In this document: positions 50,224-64,000 of the stretch, one piece after another
Position numbering within the stretch: position 1 is the first letter of the stretch
How the letters are laid out: each line of letters starts with the position of its first letter
DNA from: Eledone cirrhosa
Lineage: Eukaryota
DNA: 64,000 nt
Direction of reading: 5' to 3'
Assembly (NCBI GenBank): GCA_964016885.1
Contig: CAXHJY010000413.1
Location: forward strand, 60,405 to 124,404
Notes under the pieces: generated by a model
Told to the model about the DNA's origin: nothing
The model's input: the letters and a program-made list of their open reading frames with translations, nothing else
Database searches by the model: none
Translations under genes and position numbers: made by a program

Positions 50224-53200
50224 TTATCTCTTTCTCTTAATTTCGAGTATATTTTTTTTTACCGGCCACCTTCCTGGTAGCAAGGTTGTAAAAGAAAAGA
50301 AATTACCATCCCTTGAATCGCAAGAATGTTTTGCAAATTTTGAAGGTGCCAGCTATCGCAGCCATTTGTAGACTATGAATTAGGGAGCTGCGCTTTTTGT
50401 CCGCAAATCCAAGTTCAGTCATACTTTGGTCCAAGCGGGTTGGTATATAACCCGTAGCTCCAATAATGATGGGTATGAAGCTAAAGGTGTATCTTGGATA
50501 CTAAATTTGTAAACTCCTCATCAATGGTCCGCAGATGTCCTCCTTCTCCTATATTTTTCTGACAACGTTTATATCAAGTGGGCAGCTGATCTCCACAACA
50601 GAATACGTTTTCAATGTGTGGTCCCAAACAACAATATCAGGCCGGTTGTGCTTTAATTTGGTGGTAGTTTTTATTTTCAGGTTCCACCAGTATTCCTTAG
50701 TGCGACCTGTCTCAATATATTCTTCCTCGTTTATTGTTAATTTTGTTTTCCGAAGTGCGTTCCAGATGGTTCTAGCTATCCCATCGTGTCTCATGGGGAG
50801 GTAGTAGCGAGATGACATTCTTTCGCAGCTGGCAACAATGTGGCTTACATCCTCGATCTTTGTTTTACATAGCCTACATTTATTGTCAGCTGCTGGATCT
50901 CCTCTTTTGTGCAACAGATATTTGGTAGGGAGTTCTTGTTCCTGTATTGCATAGAGATATCCCTCAAGGTGTGATGTCATAAACTTGTCGGAACTCCATG
51001 CCAGGCTTTTTGAGTGGTTTATCCCCTCTATGGTCTGTGTTTTACGCCTCAAGTATCCATGCACAACTTTTTCTGTAAATTGGTCAATTTTTTTTATCTT
51101 GTTTGAACATTGAATAGGATCTTCCGATTTCTCTGGGTGAGAGATTTATATCAGGCTTTATTACATATCTCTCCTCCAGATCAGTCGCTATTATAATGAT
51201 ATTTTTTTTTCATGCTCATAAACCTGGGCAAGATGGTTGCCAACCTTTTCCCTCTGTTGAAGGTGTTGCTTCAGTGTTACTATCCGGGTCTCATATGTTG
51301 TTAATATTGATTTTAGACCCCGGCCACCTTCCTTGCGTGAGAAGTATAGCCTATCCACATCACCATTGATGTTAAAGTTCCCAGTAACACTGAGAAGTTT
51401 TCGAGTTCTAACATCCATCTCACTTAGTTCTTGCAATTACCAGTTCAGCAGGCCATATGTTGGCGTTAGAATTGGCACAGCATAAGTATTGTGGGCAATG
51501 TATTTGTTGTATGCTGACAGTTCTGATGACCATATTTTCTTCACTCTTCTGAGGTATTCAGTTCTGGTTCTCTCCTTATTTATGGGTCCATCATATCTGA
51601 CATTCTCATCCTGTCCAAGATATCTGTAGTTGTCACATGACTGCAGAGGTTGGATTGTCAGGCCGTTCATATCTAGATTTCTAGAGGAGGGCACAGCTCT
51701 TCCACGTTTTACTGCCAAATATGTACACCTGGACTCACCAAATTTCATTTTGATGTCGGTTGAAAATTGTGTAATGAGGTCTAATTGTTTCTTGATGTCA
51801 TTGATATTTGGCCCATACAACTTCAGGTCATCAACAAATAAAAAATAGGAGATACTTCTGGGCCCACTTCTTTGTCCACCTTGTTTCCTGAGTAGGTAAG
51901 ATAGTGGATTCAGTGAGAGAACGAAGAGTAGCACTGACAAGCTATCACTCTGAAAGATGCCCTTCTGGTAATGTATCTTATCAGTCTTAACTTGCTCCTT
52001 CTCACTTCTAAGGATCAAATTGGTGTACCAGTTCTCGGTCAGGCGTTCAACAGCAGCTACCAATGGTTGTGGGACTTTAGCTAACTGTAAAGCCTTAATA
52101 ATCCACCCATGAGGTACACTATCAAACGCTTTTTGATAGTCCAGCCACAGTCATGTTTCTGCGATTCTTTGTTGTTTTTTCCTGAATCATTTTGTTAGTT
52201 AGTAGGTGATCTATGCAACCCCACACCTCCCTCTTTCCACCAGCTTGCTCAGGTGTTATGATGTTGTTGGTAGCACAGTGATCCTGTAAGAACAGGTTAA
52301 GGCACCCAGTATATAATTTATACATGATGTTTTGGCAGGCTATTGGGCGGTAATTTTTAGCAAGGATGGTTTGGCTATTTTGGGGAATGAGGAGAGTAGT
52401 GGCAGTTGATAACCATCTGGGCAGTTCTTGTGTGCCTTTAATGGTTTCTGTAAACAGCCGTATGAGATCTTGCCGATAGAAAGTGAAATTCTTCAACCAG
52501 TATCCTGTAATGAGGTCTGGGCCTGGCGATTTCCTATTCAACATTTTCTGTAGAGCTGTTTTCAGTATTGACCCATTTATGTCGTATTGTTTTATCTGGA
52601 CATGTTGGCAGTAGTCCTGTTCCAGTTCTTTTAGCCAATTAGCTTGTCTGTTGAATCCGTCATCCGTTTCCCATACAGATCTCCAGTAGCTCTCAACCTG
52701 TTCTTTTGAAGGGGTGTCGTTTACAGGGATTGAGCTTTTGCCACCGAAGCTGCGATAAACTGATTTAGGATCTCTGGCAAACAATCTATTTAGCACTTGT
52801 CGTTTATGTGCTGTTGACTTATATTTTAGTCTTTCTGTTGTAGCTGTGAGGTGTTGTTTCAACTGGTGTAATTTGGAGTTCAAAGTTTTAAATTTTGTAT
52901 CTCCAAATCGTCTCTCTAACTTTTTCTTTAGGTCTTCCTGGTGTCGTGTGAAGTTGCTCTCTATGTTGCATTTCATAACGACTGCGATGTGTGAGATACT
53001 TCGTCTCAGGGACAAAATTTTGGTTTTTAAATTTCGCATCCACGCTGGTTCAGACTTTCTGTTTGTATCTCGATTGCGTGGTTTTAGATGTGTGTTATAT
53101 GATAGCAATGTGACAGCTGAAACATATAACAAAACATTAAGCGTTTCAAATGTCGTTTCTACACCTTTAGATCGTATAGCCTTCAGATAATTGCCAGCTA

Positions 53201-53964
53201 TTTCGTTCACCGCTTCCGATTCCAATTTAGTGGGTTCTTTACTGATTCTGGTGTTGTATGGTCTGTCACTCACATTAAGGCTGTGTATCTCTTGAAACAT
53301 ATCGTTCCATATCATTTGTAGGGTGCCCACAAGTTTTTGGTGCTCTGTTTGTTCAGTAGAGTCATGAATTTCAGCCTCGTTGTTGATGTGGTGACAATTA
53401 CTACTAGAGTTAGCTGACCTTTCTCGCTGTTCTTCAGTGGAAGTGGGATGGATTTCAGCAAAATTGTTGGTGAGCTGTTCACTGTTAGATTTAGCTGGCC
53501 ATTCTCTTTGTCTGTCAGTGGAGGTGGGGTGGTTGTCTACAAGGGCTGTATTTGTAGTGTCACTCAATTCCGTTAGATGTATCAATTTACATCTAATGAT
53601 ACGTTTTGCCTGTTCATTTAAATTCTTTGGGGAAAAGTCTAATTCTGGGTGTTTGGAGTTCCATAGAGTTTGCATAAAACCGAACTTTTGGGGTTCAGAT
53701 TGTTTGTATGCTTCATATAATACTTTGTTAAGCTCGTAGCTCCACTGTATACAACGGTTGTAGTTGCGATTTGTTCGAAGGAGACTTGTACTTTTTGCCA
53801 TGATGAGTTCGTCTATTCACTAATATTTCGTATTTATTTTTCAAAATAGTCGATGATCTTTAAAAGTTTCGACAAAGTTCTGTCAGAATCAAATTTAAAG
53901 TTATTCACAGCTTGGGTAATATTTCTTTTCAGTTAGTTTTTATGGGTAATATTTCTTTTCAGTT
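50224..53964 (-). mobile_element. Near full-length R4/Dong-like element, family 1, duplicate, disabled
   Basis: A 559-aa N-terminal ORF plus RT/RLE fragments. It shares the NW* stop (51437) and an 8-T frameshift with the other copy, and has a private 5-bp deletion near 52147. Confidence 0.9.
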
Positions 53965-56900
53965 GTATGTATGTATGTATGTATGTATGTATGTATGTAT
54001 GTATGTATGTATGTATGTATATATGTCCGGGAGAGATGACCCCTTAGCCTTTGTCAAGGTAGAATTCTAGGTGAAGGAAAACTCTGATATAACACCTGCA
54101 ACCCTGATGGTATCCAATGATGTTGACTTGTTCTTCGTTTTGGTAAATATCATCTTGGTTAAGAGAGTGGGACTGGCTTTGTGCAGTGCCTTTGCTCACT
54201 ATAAAAGCTTCACGGCACAGGCATTGCTTCATATCTGGAGATCTCTCTGCACTTGTCGTCACATGGTGCCATGGGCCCAGCACTATGTGTCGATAATTGT
54301 CACAGGTGTAGTGTTTGTACCAGAGTTTTCAAGTCGCTGGCTGGACTAAAATGTCACACTTGTTTAGCGCATCGGTAGGGGTTCTCCTACATGGATATAA
54401 AGTAGTGGCCGTACTCGAAAACGAGTTGGCAGCCACCATGTATGTATGTATGTCAGGTCACCAGTTGGTGTTACTGGTAACATGTTCGGGTCGTTGGCGA
54501 CTAAACTGGCAACCCCACCAAGGTTTCTTGGTGAGGACGTTTACTTTGGGCATCCTGCAGGACTAAAAGCAAAACCTGTCAAAGAGCAAAGGAGCTCTTA
54601 AGAGTTAATGGCCATCCAAAATCACCGGGAGAGATGAACCCTTAGCCTTTGTCAAGGCAGAATTCTAGGAGAAGGAAAACTCTGATATAACAACTGCAAC
54701 CCTGAGGTGGCAGCTACCATGTATGTATGTATGCATGCATGTATGTATGCATGTATGTATGTATGTTCTTCTGGTTTTATAATTTCACAAATTTTTACCA
54801 ATAGGGAGAGAGTGTCGGTTTCTAACATAGACACAAGACTCTCTCATTGGAATTTACGAAGAAGTGTGGTAAGTAACCAGGTGGACCATAACGCACCAGA
54901 GTACTCGATACTTTGGGTAGTAGAGTGGGTAATAGGAAAAGAGTCAGGACCCTGACGGCAGAGCTCAAGCCGTTTCGACGGCTATTTCTGAGTCCAGAAA
55001 TAGCCGTCTAAACGGCTTCAGCTCTGCCGTCGGAGTCCTGACTATTTTTCCTATATATATATATGTGTGTGTGCGTGTGCGTGTGCGTGTGTGTTTATGC
55101 AATGGCGATACTCGTGCAATGGTCAAACTAGATGTCGAAGAGGCAGCAACCATGTATGTACGGACGTACGGACGTAGGTTGGTACATACATACATATATT
55201 TCGGCCACTTGTATTCTTGATCATATTCTAGCAAGGGTGAAAATATAACTCTATGTGCATGTTGACTTAATCCTAATCCTGGATAATCAAATGCACTACA
55301 CCTTCCGAAAACCCAATGAAACCCTACTCTACATAAACCGACAATCTAACCACCCAAAGGCAATCGCCGAATCATCTCCCTCCGTATTTCACGCCTGTCT
55401 GCCAATGAGAAAATGTTCCATGGAAATGCGCCACATTACAACTTGTAGCTAAAGGAAAGCAGATTCAACGAAGGACTACAAGTGCAATGTAACAGCCTAC
55501 ATCGGATTAACCGCATGCGAATTTAAAACAAGGTTCTAACCGCACCTGAACCGCTTTAGAAACCGGCCCCGGAGGAATGCTCGACACTATCCAGCCATAT
55601 ATGGGACCTCCGTGACTATAATACCACATACGGCCTGAAATGGAGTACCTTGTCCAAGTCCAAACCTTATGCGGGGGGCCACCACACGTGCAATTTATGC
55701 TGAGAAGAAACCATCCAAATTTTGTTCGCCAAAAAAACAACCCACCAACAGATTCTACGAAATAACACTAGGAATCAGGACCCAGAAAGACACCCAGCAT
55801 ATGTGCACACTGAGACACGTACACATACACACCATGATACAACACTATAGAAATACACTTATCTTTGTACACACACATGCAGCCACTTACATACCAATCA
55901 AACCCATGCTGCACAGTCAACACAAAAGTTATACACACATACTCTCAAATAGGTGGGTATAACGACAGCAATGCAACTGCTACACAAAGACGACAACACT
56001 CCTCCGAGCACACCATTACAAAAGAAACAATACCAAAGATTTGTGGGCTGGGCATACCTTACGTAGGCACAGGCACACGCTGTAACCATAGGCAGACTAA
56101 ATTGTACAACAAACAATTACTCAATATAAATACACTCTCTATCACACAGACATTCCCTCACACGCACACCTACAGACACGGATTAACCAACATCTATTCA
56201 AGCATATACAGTGCCCCATACACATACCCCCCCCCCCCCAATATTTCGATACACACGCATGCCAACAGCCACCTACACACCCCATAAGGTACACATGAAC
56301 AACACTATAATCCTTACCAAACTAACAACACTCATCCATACACTTTAAATTTGCTTATCATTTAGAATAAGGTACACATAAGCTACACCTCAAAACATAC
56401 CCATAAGACCCCTACACACGCATCCTAACACACATGCACACATAACCTCATATATTAACATATCTTAGCAGTAGACCTTTTCTAAAATATACACTTACAC
56501 CCGTAAAATAACGCATAAGTTTCAGCATAAAGACATTCACCACCACGCCTCGCAACAAATATAAATAAACAAAAATCAATGACACAAAAACCCCAGTAAA
56601 ATGCAGTCATAACAGATGAGATATAATGATATGGGACAGGGAAAAGAAGGCGTGCACAGCAGTGGAAGTTAGCTGCCCAGCAAATACCAATATAATATCA
56701 AAGATTAGCGAAAAGGAAAATATTTATGAAGAACTAAAGAGAAATAAAAAAACAAACACACTCGAAACAACAACAACAATTACAATACCAACAAGCCGGC
56801 AGTGATCATTCAAGAAAACTAAAAAATAGGTACTTTTGTCTACAGTCATATAAAATATGACTGGGTATAAGTCTGGGAGTGTGTGGGATTTTTTTGTGAT

Positions 56901-57127
56901 GTCAGTGCCGATCTTGGGGCTGCGTGTTAGCTTGCGTGGGCCCACATGTGCTTATAATAGTGAGAGATGGGGAGAGCGGGAGATACGGAGGCAGTGACAG
57001 TGGGAGTTTGGTTCCTTTGTGTTCGGCGCAAGTAGTGTATATTTATATATTTATTTACCACACCACATATAAATATGACCTAAATTGATCGTAAATTCTC
57101 TCACTTCTCCAACCACATTGATGACGA

Positions 57128-57214
<87 letters not shown>

Positions 57215-58264
57215 AAATCAAGATGACGCAGCAAAAGACATACACTCTGTTTTCCCTTGAAAATTCTACAATTCAGTCAAATTTTTCTCGGCTTTAATAC
57301 CAACTGTTTCAGGCTGCCATATTGTCATGTTACTTCCGGGGAGATTCTTAAGGGAGTTTTAATGCTAAAGCTAGGGAACTCTAAAAAATCTCAATCGCGC
57401 AGACACACGTGTGCACACTAGTGCACACACTCACCCACACAACCACTCCTTGAATATATAAAAAAGAACGTAACAATTGATTTAGAACTTTCATTAATAG
57501 CCTTTCCTTGTCAATATCCTTTCCTTGGCCGCTTAACAGTTAACGACACGTCAATCACCTTAGGCCACGCCCTTGACGAGACGGTTCACTCACAGCTGGT
57601 AGATTTATTCCCAGTCTGGAATTATCTGTCGAAACGGCAAGAGCTCACCCGTCGGGCTCCTATTACCTGTAATATTATGCGTGTGTATATATATATGTGT
57701 GTGTGTGTGTGTGTGAATTTCGTACATCTGGTGATATACGGTATCTTTAATAAATAAACATTTTGAAAGCCTCAGCTATGAATACAAGGCTGACGGCCAG
57801 CGCCGTCTGGCGGAATCAATCAGAACGAAGGGGGATAATTGTCTATGCATTTCTAACTTAAATGGTTCTCGTCAACAATGCTTCTCTCTGCCTACTGCTG
57901 GACTGTGTACAGCTATGTGGAAGCTAAATTCTAATTACCCCCCCCCCCCCATATATATATACATATATATGTTTGTGTATATATATATATATATATAATT
58001 AATTACAGCAGTGGCATTACGTAGATACTTATGTTATGCTCTAATACCAACTGTTTTAGGCTGCCATATTGTCATGTTACTTCCGGGGAGATTCTTGAAG
58101 GTGTAAGGGAGTTTTAAAACTAAAGCTAGGGAACTCTAAAAAATCTCAATTAATTAATTAAATAATTTAACGTTAGCTCTGTATATGTAAAGGAGATAAT
58201 TCTTACAAAAAAAAAAGAAAAAGGTGGAAACTGAGTGCAGAGTGATGGCCCGTAACATTGGGTT

Positions 58265-58367
58265 AAATCGAATTTATATATATATATATATATATAAATA
58301 TATATATATATAAATTCGATTTATATATATATATATATATATATAAATATATATATATATAAATTCG

Positions 58368-58405
<38 letters not shown>

Positions 58406-58408
58406 TCG

Positions 58409-58440
<32 letters not shown>
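58265..58440. repeat. Palindromic AT-rich repeat: (TA)n punctuated by AAATCGAATTT / AAATTCGATTT
   Basis: One AAATCGAATTT is followed by three copies of its reverse complement, separated by (TA)n. A single-unit remnant lies at 32862-32926. Confidence 0.9.
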
Positions 58441-58442
<2 letters not shown>

Positions 58443-58603
58443 ATGGCGAGTCAAACCATTGGGCTACTCGAGTACCGAAATTGCCAAGTTCATCTATTTA
58501 AAACCACTAGGAAGTGTCTCAGAACACTACGTTCATTCGTGATTCATAATACTTACAAAGGAGAACCACCACGGATGTACATGATAAAATGACATTCAGT
58601 CAA

Positions 58604-60538
58604 TCATATAGATGGCCTCCCCACAGCCCCGGCGGACAGAATGGAGAAGGCGTTCCCCCGGTAGACGACAAGGGAGACGCGCTGGAAGTGCCATTCCAAC
58701 TCGCGTAACTCACACCTGCGGCTGGCCAGCTCAGCGCCTATGGTGGTGAGTAGGGAGGTAGCCGTAGGGCCGAGGACACCAGAAGTCTCCACTGCCAAGG
58801 GTACAACCGCAAACCTGTCGGAAAGCGACCGGTATTTGGAGAGTTTGGCCTCCTCAGACCGACGTTCAGCAGAACCTGGGTTAGTTGCAGACTGCACCAG
58901 GTTGCAGCTGGAGAAAGTGTCGGTGCAAGTGGCATCCCAGACGAGGGGTTTGCCACCGCGGAACGGGAAGATGGTCATACCATCTAGCCTTTAATGATAT
59001 CTCGGCCGCAATCAGTGTTTGCCTCAGAAAACACTGTCCTCCAACCCACTGAGGAGGTCCTGGCTGCCCTGCGACTCAAGCACACTGAGCCACCGACTGA
59101 CCTCAGACCCATACCCCCACCCGATCCTCACTTGCTCCTTCTGGCTTCCGACGCAGATATCATGACTACTATCAAGTCCTTCCCAGTTAGCAGCAGTGGA
59201 GGTGCTGATGGTCTCCGACCTGGCCACCTCAAGAAGTTGCTATCCCTCCTCTCTGCTGAGGCCGGGCCCCGCTTTCTGAGTGCAATTGTGGCACTCACCA
59301 ATAGGCTTATCCATTGCGCCCTGGACCCTCATGCCCGAGGCCTCATTTTTTCGGCTAGCCTGACCGCTCTCATGAAAAAAGAGGGTGGCATACGCCCCAT
59401 CGCTGAGGGCAATGTTTCCCGGAGGCTGGCTGCCAAGGAGGTCTGCAGGTCCATAACGGGTGAACTTGGTGTCGGCGTAACCGGTGGCTGTGAGGGAACC
59501 GCACATGCAACCAAGCCATCGGAACCGGCATCCAGGGACTCCAGGTACCTCATCGTCAAGCTGGACATGAGGAATGCCTTTAACTGCATATGCCGGGACT
59601 ATCTGCTCGATGCCTGTCTCAGCCGAGCCACCTCTGCCTACCCGCTGGCCTACCTGTCGTATGGGTCCCCGAACCAGCTCCTTGCTGCTGATACGATCAT
59701 ACCTTCTCCAAAACACAATAGAACCCTCTGTGATCAGGGAACCTGAAGCCGCCTGTGAGAAGTGGGATCGGCTGGCTAGGACGTAACCCAGTAGACGTCC
59801 CTCCTCCTTTTCCCCCTGGTGACGCCAGATCCCCCCCAAAGCTTTTGAGATGCCGTCCAGTGCAGCTTGGCCTCAGACAGGCTCACGCGTCAGCTCGACC
59901 AGCACCGCCTTGCCTGGTTTCGTGAGGCCTCCAAATCCCACAGTGGTGCCTGGCTCCATGCCCTACCCTCCTTCTCCACTGGATCGCAGCTAGATAACTA
60001 TAGACTGCGAATCGGCGTTTCCTTGAGGCTCGGCCTCCGGATCTGCTAGCCACACCAATGTCGGTGTGGATCCACAGTGATCCCTTTCGGACTCCGCCCG
60101 CTTTCCTGTCGCCACAGTGCCGGCCGCCTTCCACGCCATGCTGCCCTCAACGAGGTCATAAAGCATGGCTTGGACGCTGCAGGCTTCCCTTCCCAGCTCG
60201 AGCCGGTGGGGCTGGACTGAGGCGACGGCAAAAGGCCAGATAGTATAACCAGCACCTCCTTGGTGGGTTGGAGGACTGTGTCCTCTGAGGCAACCACTCT
60301 GACTGTGGCCGAGATATCACTAAAGGCTAGATGGTATGACCATCTTTCTGTTCCGCGGTGGCAAACCCCTCGTCTGGGACGCCACTTGCACCGACACTTT
60401 CTCCAGCCGCAACCTGGTTCAGTCTGCGAGTAACCCAGGTTCTGCTGCACGTCGGGCTGAGGAGGCCAAACTCTCCAAATACCGGTCGCTCTCCGACAGG
60501 TTTGCCGTCGTACCCTTGGCAGTGGAGACTTCTGGTGT
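58604..60538. mobile_element. CRE-clade remnant with inverted 3' end, unit 3, internally deleted
   Basis: Same architecture. The region equivalent to ~6476-7120 is missing at the junction accttc/tccaaaac (~59706). Confidence 0.85.
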
Positions 60539-60789
60539 CCATACTCACAAAGGTATGACTTGAGTTGACAAATTTCTCTATTGGTTTTACTTTACTATTT
60601 GTCAAAGAATATGGCTTTGTTCCAACTCCATGAATCTATAATATTATAAAGCTGAGTGTCGTGTGTATTATGTATGTATGTTCTTCTGGTTTTATAATTT
60701 CACAAAGTTTTACCAATAGAGAGAGAGTCGGTTTCTAACATAGACACAAGACTCTCTCATTGGAATTTACACAACATCAACTAGGTAGA

Positions 60790-63700
60790 TATGTATGTAT
60801 GCATGCATGTGTAGATATGGATGTTATTGTATGTGTGGATGTGTATGTTTTGAGTTGTATGTGTGCATGTGTATATGCTTTGTATTTGTACATGTGTATA
60901 TGCAGTTATTAGATGCAAAATGTTTGGAATGTTTTACATATTTTTACTGTTCCATTAATGGATTGTACTTGTAATTTCCTTGTAGCTTCTCAAGATTTGT
61001 ATTGAGGCAGTTACTAACATATCCCAGTGCCGCAATAATCACAGGCATAGATCTGAAGGTGTAATCAGGGTGGAGTATCTGCAGATTTCTCATCAGTTCT
61101 GCATAAATATTCTCCTTTTCACTAATCTTTGATATTATATTGGCATCTGCTGGGCAGCTAATATCCACTACTGTGCATGCTTTCTTCTCCCTGTCCCATA
61201 TCATAATATCTGGTCTGTTATGCCTATATTTTATTGGGGTTTTTACTGGAACATTCCACCAGTACTCTTTCATATTATGTACATGGATATCTTCCACATT
61301 GTTGTAGCTTTTAATGTGTTTATTATCGGGGCTATCTTTTTTACGAACTGCATTGTACAGTGTTTTGGCCACTACATCATGCCTCATAGGTAGATAGTAC
61401 CGCGATGACATCTTTGGACAGCTCCTGTTGACATGGGTGATATCCTCGATGTTAGTTCTGCAGAGTCTGCACTTGTTATCACATCTAGGTGTTTTGGTTG
61501 CATCCCTATCTCTTTTGTGAATCAGGTATGTTGTGCTACTCTCCTGTTGCTGGATTGCAAAAGCGTGTCCTTCAAAGTGGGAGCCAATATAGCGGTTGTT
61601 GGTCCGAGATAGACTACTTTCCTTATCTATATTACTCTCACTCTGGAGCTTCCTGGCAACATATCCATGCATGATTTTTTGCTGATAGGCATGCAGTTTT
61701 TCATCCATGGATTCACTGCGATACTGCTGAGCGACATCCCTGGGTGTGAATATCTCTCAAGGAGTTTCTTCCCAACTCTCATGATCTTATCTGTTTCATG
61801 CAGATAGACTTGCTCGAGAAACGGGCTCCTACGCTTCGAGGTTCGTAGATGTTGTCGGAGAGATATGATGAGACATTCAAATGTTGTCTGGACTGATGTT
61901 AGGCCTCTGCCTCCCTGCTTACGTTTCAAGTAAAGGTGGTCTATGTCACTGTTGATGTGGAAGTTTCCGGTGTTGTTCAGTATTTTTCGAGTTCCAACAT
62001 CAACTGCTCGGATTTCGTCTATCGTCCAATTGAGTATTCCAACGTTGGTGTTAGGACAGGCACAGCAAACACATTGTGAGACACTGTTTTGTTTTGCACG
62101 GAGAGTTCCGATGATCAGATCTTTCTTAATCGGGTGTAGTATTCCCTGGTTACGCGTTCTTTATTACAGATACCATTATAGGATACGTTCTCATCTATCC
62201 CCAGGTATCTGTGGCAGTCCTCATCAGATATCAGTGAAACAGTTAGGCCATTGATGACAATGTTGCTAGATTGGGTTGTTGTTTTTCCCCGCTTTACAGT
62301 CATGTATGAGCTTTTATCTTGGCCAAACTCCATTCCTATATCATTTGAGAACGTTGTAACCAGGTCAAGATTTTTCTTCACTCCATCCATGTTCTTGGCA
62401 TAGAGTTTCAGATCGTCCACAAAGAAATTATGGGTTAGGTTCGTATTTCTGTCCTCCTGTGAGCCAATGATGTATCCCTCACATTTCTTGAGCAGAAAGG
62501 ACAAGGGGCTTAATGACAAGATGAATAATATCACAGAGAAATATACCCCTGCAATATTTTATTTTACCAGTGAAAATAGAGTCTTCGCTCTCTGTCGTTA
62601 ACCTTAGGATAGTAGCCCAAGAAGAAGACAGCCTCTCTATGGCTCTGACAATAATGTCTGGGACTTTAGCAAGTTGGAGGGCCTCTATCATCGAAGAGTG
62701 GGGAACAGAATCGAAAGCTTTCCTGTAGTCCAGCCAGACTGTAGTCATATTCCTCCTAAGTTGTCGCACCTCCGACATCGCAGTTTTGTTGATTAGGAGT
62801 TGTTCAGCACATCCCCAAACCCCTTTCTTTCCAGTTGCTTGTTTATCTGTGATGATGTTATTATTTTCACAGTGATGTTGGAGGAATAGGTTCACGCAGG
62901 CTGTATACATCTCATACATCATGTTCAGGCATGCAATGGGTCGGTAGTTTTTTGCCAAGTGGGTGTCTTTGTTCTTGGCGACCAGTAATGTTTGTGCTAA
63001 TGTCAACCATTCTGGTATAAGTGTATCTCCCTTAAGAACTTGTTGATAGAGCTCAGTAAGATACCTCCGATAGAATATCAGTTTTTTGTACCAGTAGCCG
63101 ACAATCATGTCTCTTCCTGGTGTTTTCTTATCTTGGAGTTTTCCTATCACAGTCTCAAGGGTACGCTCACTTATTTCGTATGTTTTTGTTGTAGTGTAGG
63201 AGCAATCTTATTTTGCCCTTCATATCTCTATAGACTGATGTTTGATTTCATCTGAATCTTTTAGTAAGCACTTTTCTCTCATCTACCTTCTTCAGGTATC
63301 GGCGTTTTTTGCTAATAGCTCTCAATTCTTGTTTGAGAGTGATCAGCTTATATTGGAGAGTTCTGTATCAACTGTTACCAAACATCGTCTTTATTTTATT
63401 TTTCACTGTTTGTTGGTGAGGAATGAGGTTTTTTTGTGTTTGTTTGCATGTAAGGAGCATTGTCACATATCCTATGTTTTTTCGTAGGTCAGCTATCTTT
63501 TTTTCTATTTTAGTTATTTACGATGGTATTTTTGGTGGTGTTCTGTTCTTGTTAATATCTCACAAAGATAATGCTTCACTGTCGTTGCTAGGGCATATAA
63601 ACAGGCGTTGATTTGCCAAAATGTTGGGGTTTTTATCCGTCGTAAATATTCATCCCCTATTTCGTCAATAACACGTAGTATTTCATTATTTGTTGTTTTT

Positions 63701-64000
63701 TTTATTCAACATTATCGTTTTAACACGTTCAGCAAGAGAGATATTTACAGATGAGTTAATTTCTCTCTGGAAGATTTCGTTGAGGGAAATTTTCAATTGT
63801 TTATACTTTTGATTATCATTATCGATAGTATTTTCCACAACAGTCGAGGTAGACTCGGATGGTACACGTGGTGTCACATTTATTCGATTATTATTATTAT
63901 TTCTTCGATTATTATTATTATCGATAGTGATTTCCCCAGCATTCGAGGTAGACTTAGATGGTACAGGTGGTGTCAAGTTTCTTACAGGCATAGTTGTTTC
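60790..64000 (-). mobile_element. R4/Dong-like element, family 2, long copy including RT (unit 3)
   Basis: Continues past the unit 1/2 junction into FFVDDLKLY, WLDYRKAFDSVPH, YRPIAC and the N-terminal region. Multiple frameshifts. Confidence 0.9.

Larger units (their letters stand above)
26420..53338. repeat. Tandem segmental duplication unit 2
   Basis: Collinear and near-identical to 1-26419. It retains ~1.3 kb of Penelope 3' sequence, lacks ~1.27 kb (unit 1 10099-11370) and has 444 bp more in the Cys-repeat exon. Confidence 0.97.
53339..64000. repeat. Tandem segmental duplication unit 3 (partial, structurally divergent)
   Basis: Collinear with units 1 and 2 up to ~62365. It lacks the Penelope insertion, has a ~645-bp deletion in the CRE RT, and its Dong-like family-2 element continues where units 1 and 2 are truncated. 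Confidence 0.95.

Overview
Eukaryotic, repeat-dense DNA. It is probably cephalopod (Octopus-type SINEs and (TATG)n/(CA)n tracts; this is inference from recalled repeat sequences). The whole window is a tandem segmental duplication with a period of about 26.4-26.9 kb: unit 1 is 1-26419, unit 2 is 26420-53338, and unit 3 runs from 53339 past the window edge. Each complete unit carries one intact two-exon minus-strand gene: a TATA box, a signal-peptide exon, a 1879-bp intron and one very large exon. It encodes a secreted protein of 37-aa six-cysteine pacifastin/VWC-like modules, with 21 modules in one paralogue and 25 in the other. The large exon ends in a possible splice donor and a stop plus AATAAA, so it may be a variable 5' cassette. 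The rest is decayed retroelements: two R4/Dong-like families, CRE-like, RTE and Penelope-like elements, tRNA-derived SINEs and a bipartite RTE-derived SINE-like element. Non-coding highlights are two hammerhead-ribozyme-like motifs, a ~120-bp foldback hairpin, an inverted (twin-priming-like) CRE structure whose junction is itself duplicated, and mosaic relationships among the units. Coordinates of degenerate repeats are approximate.
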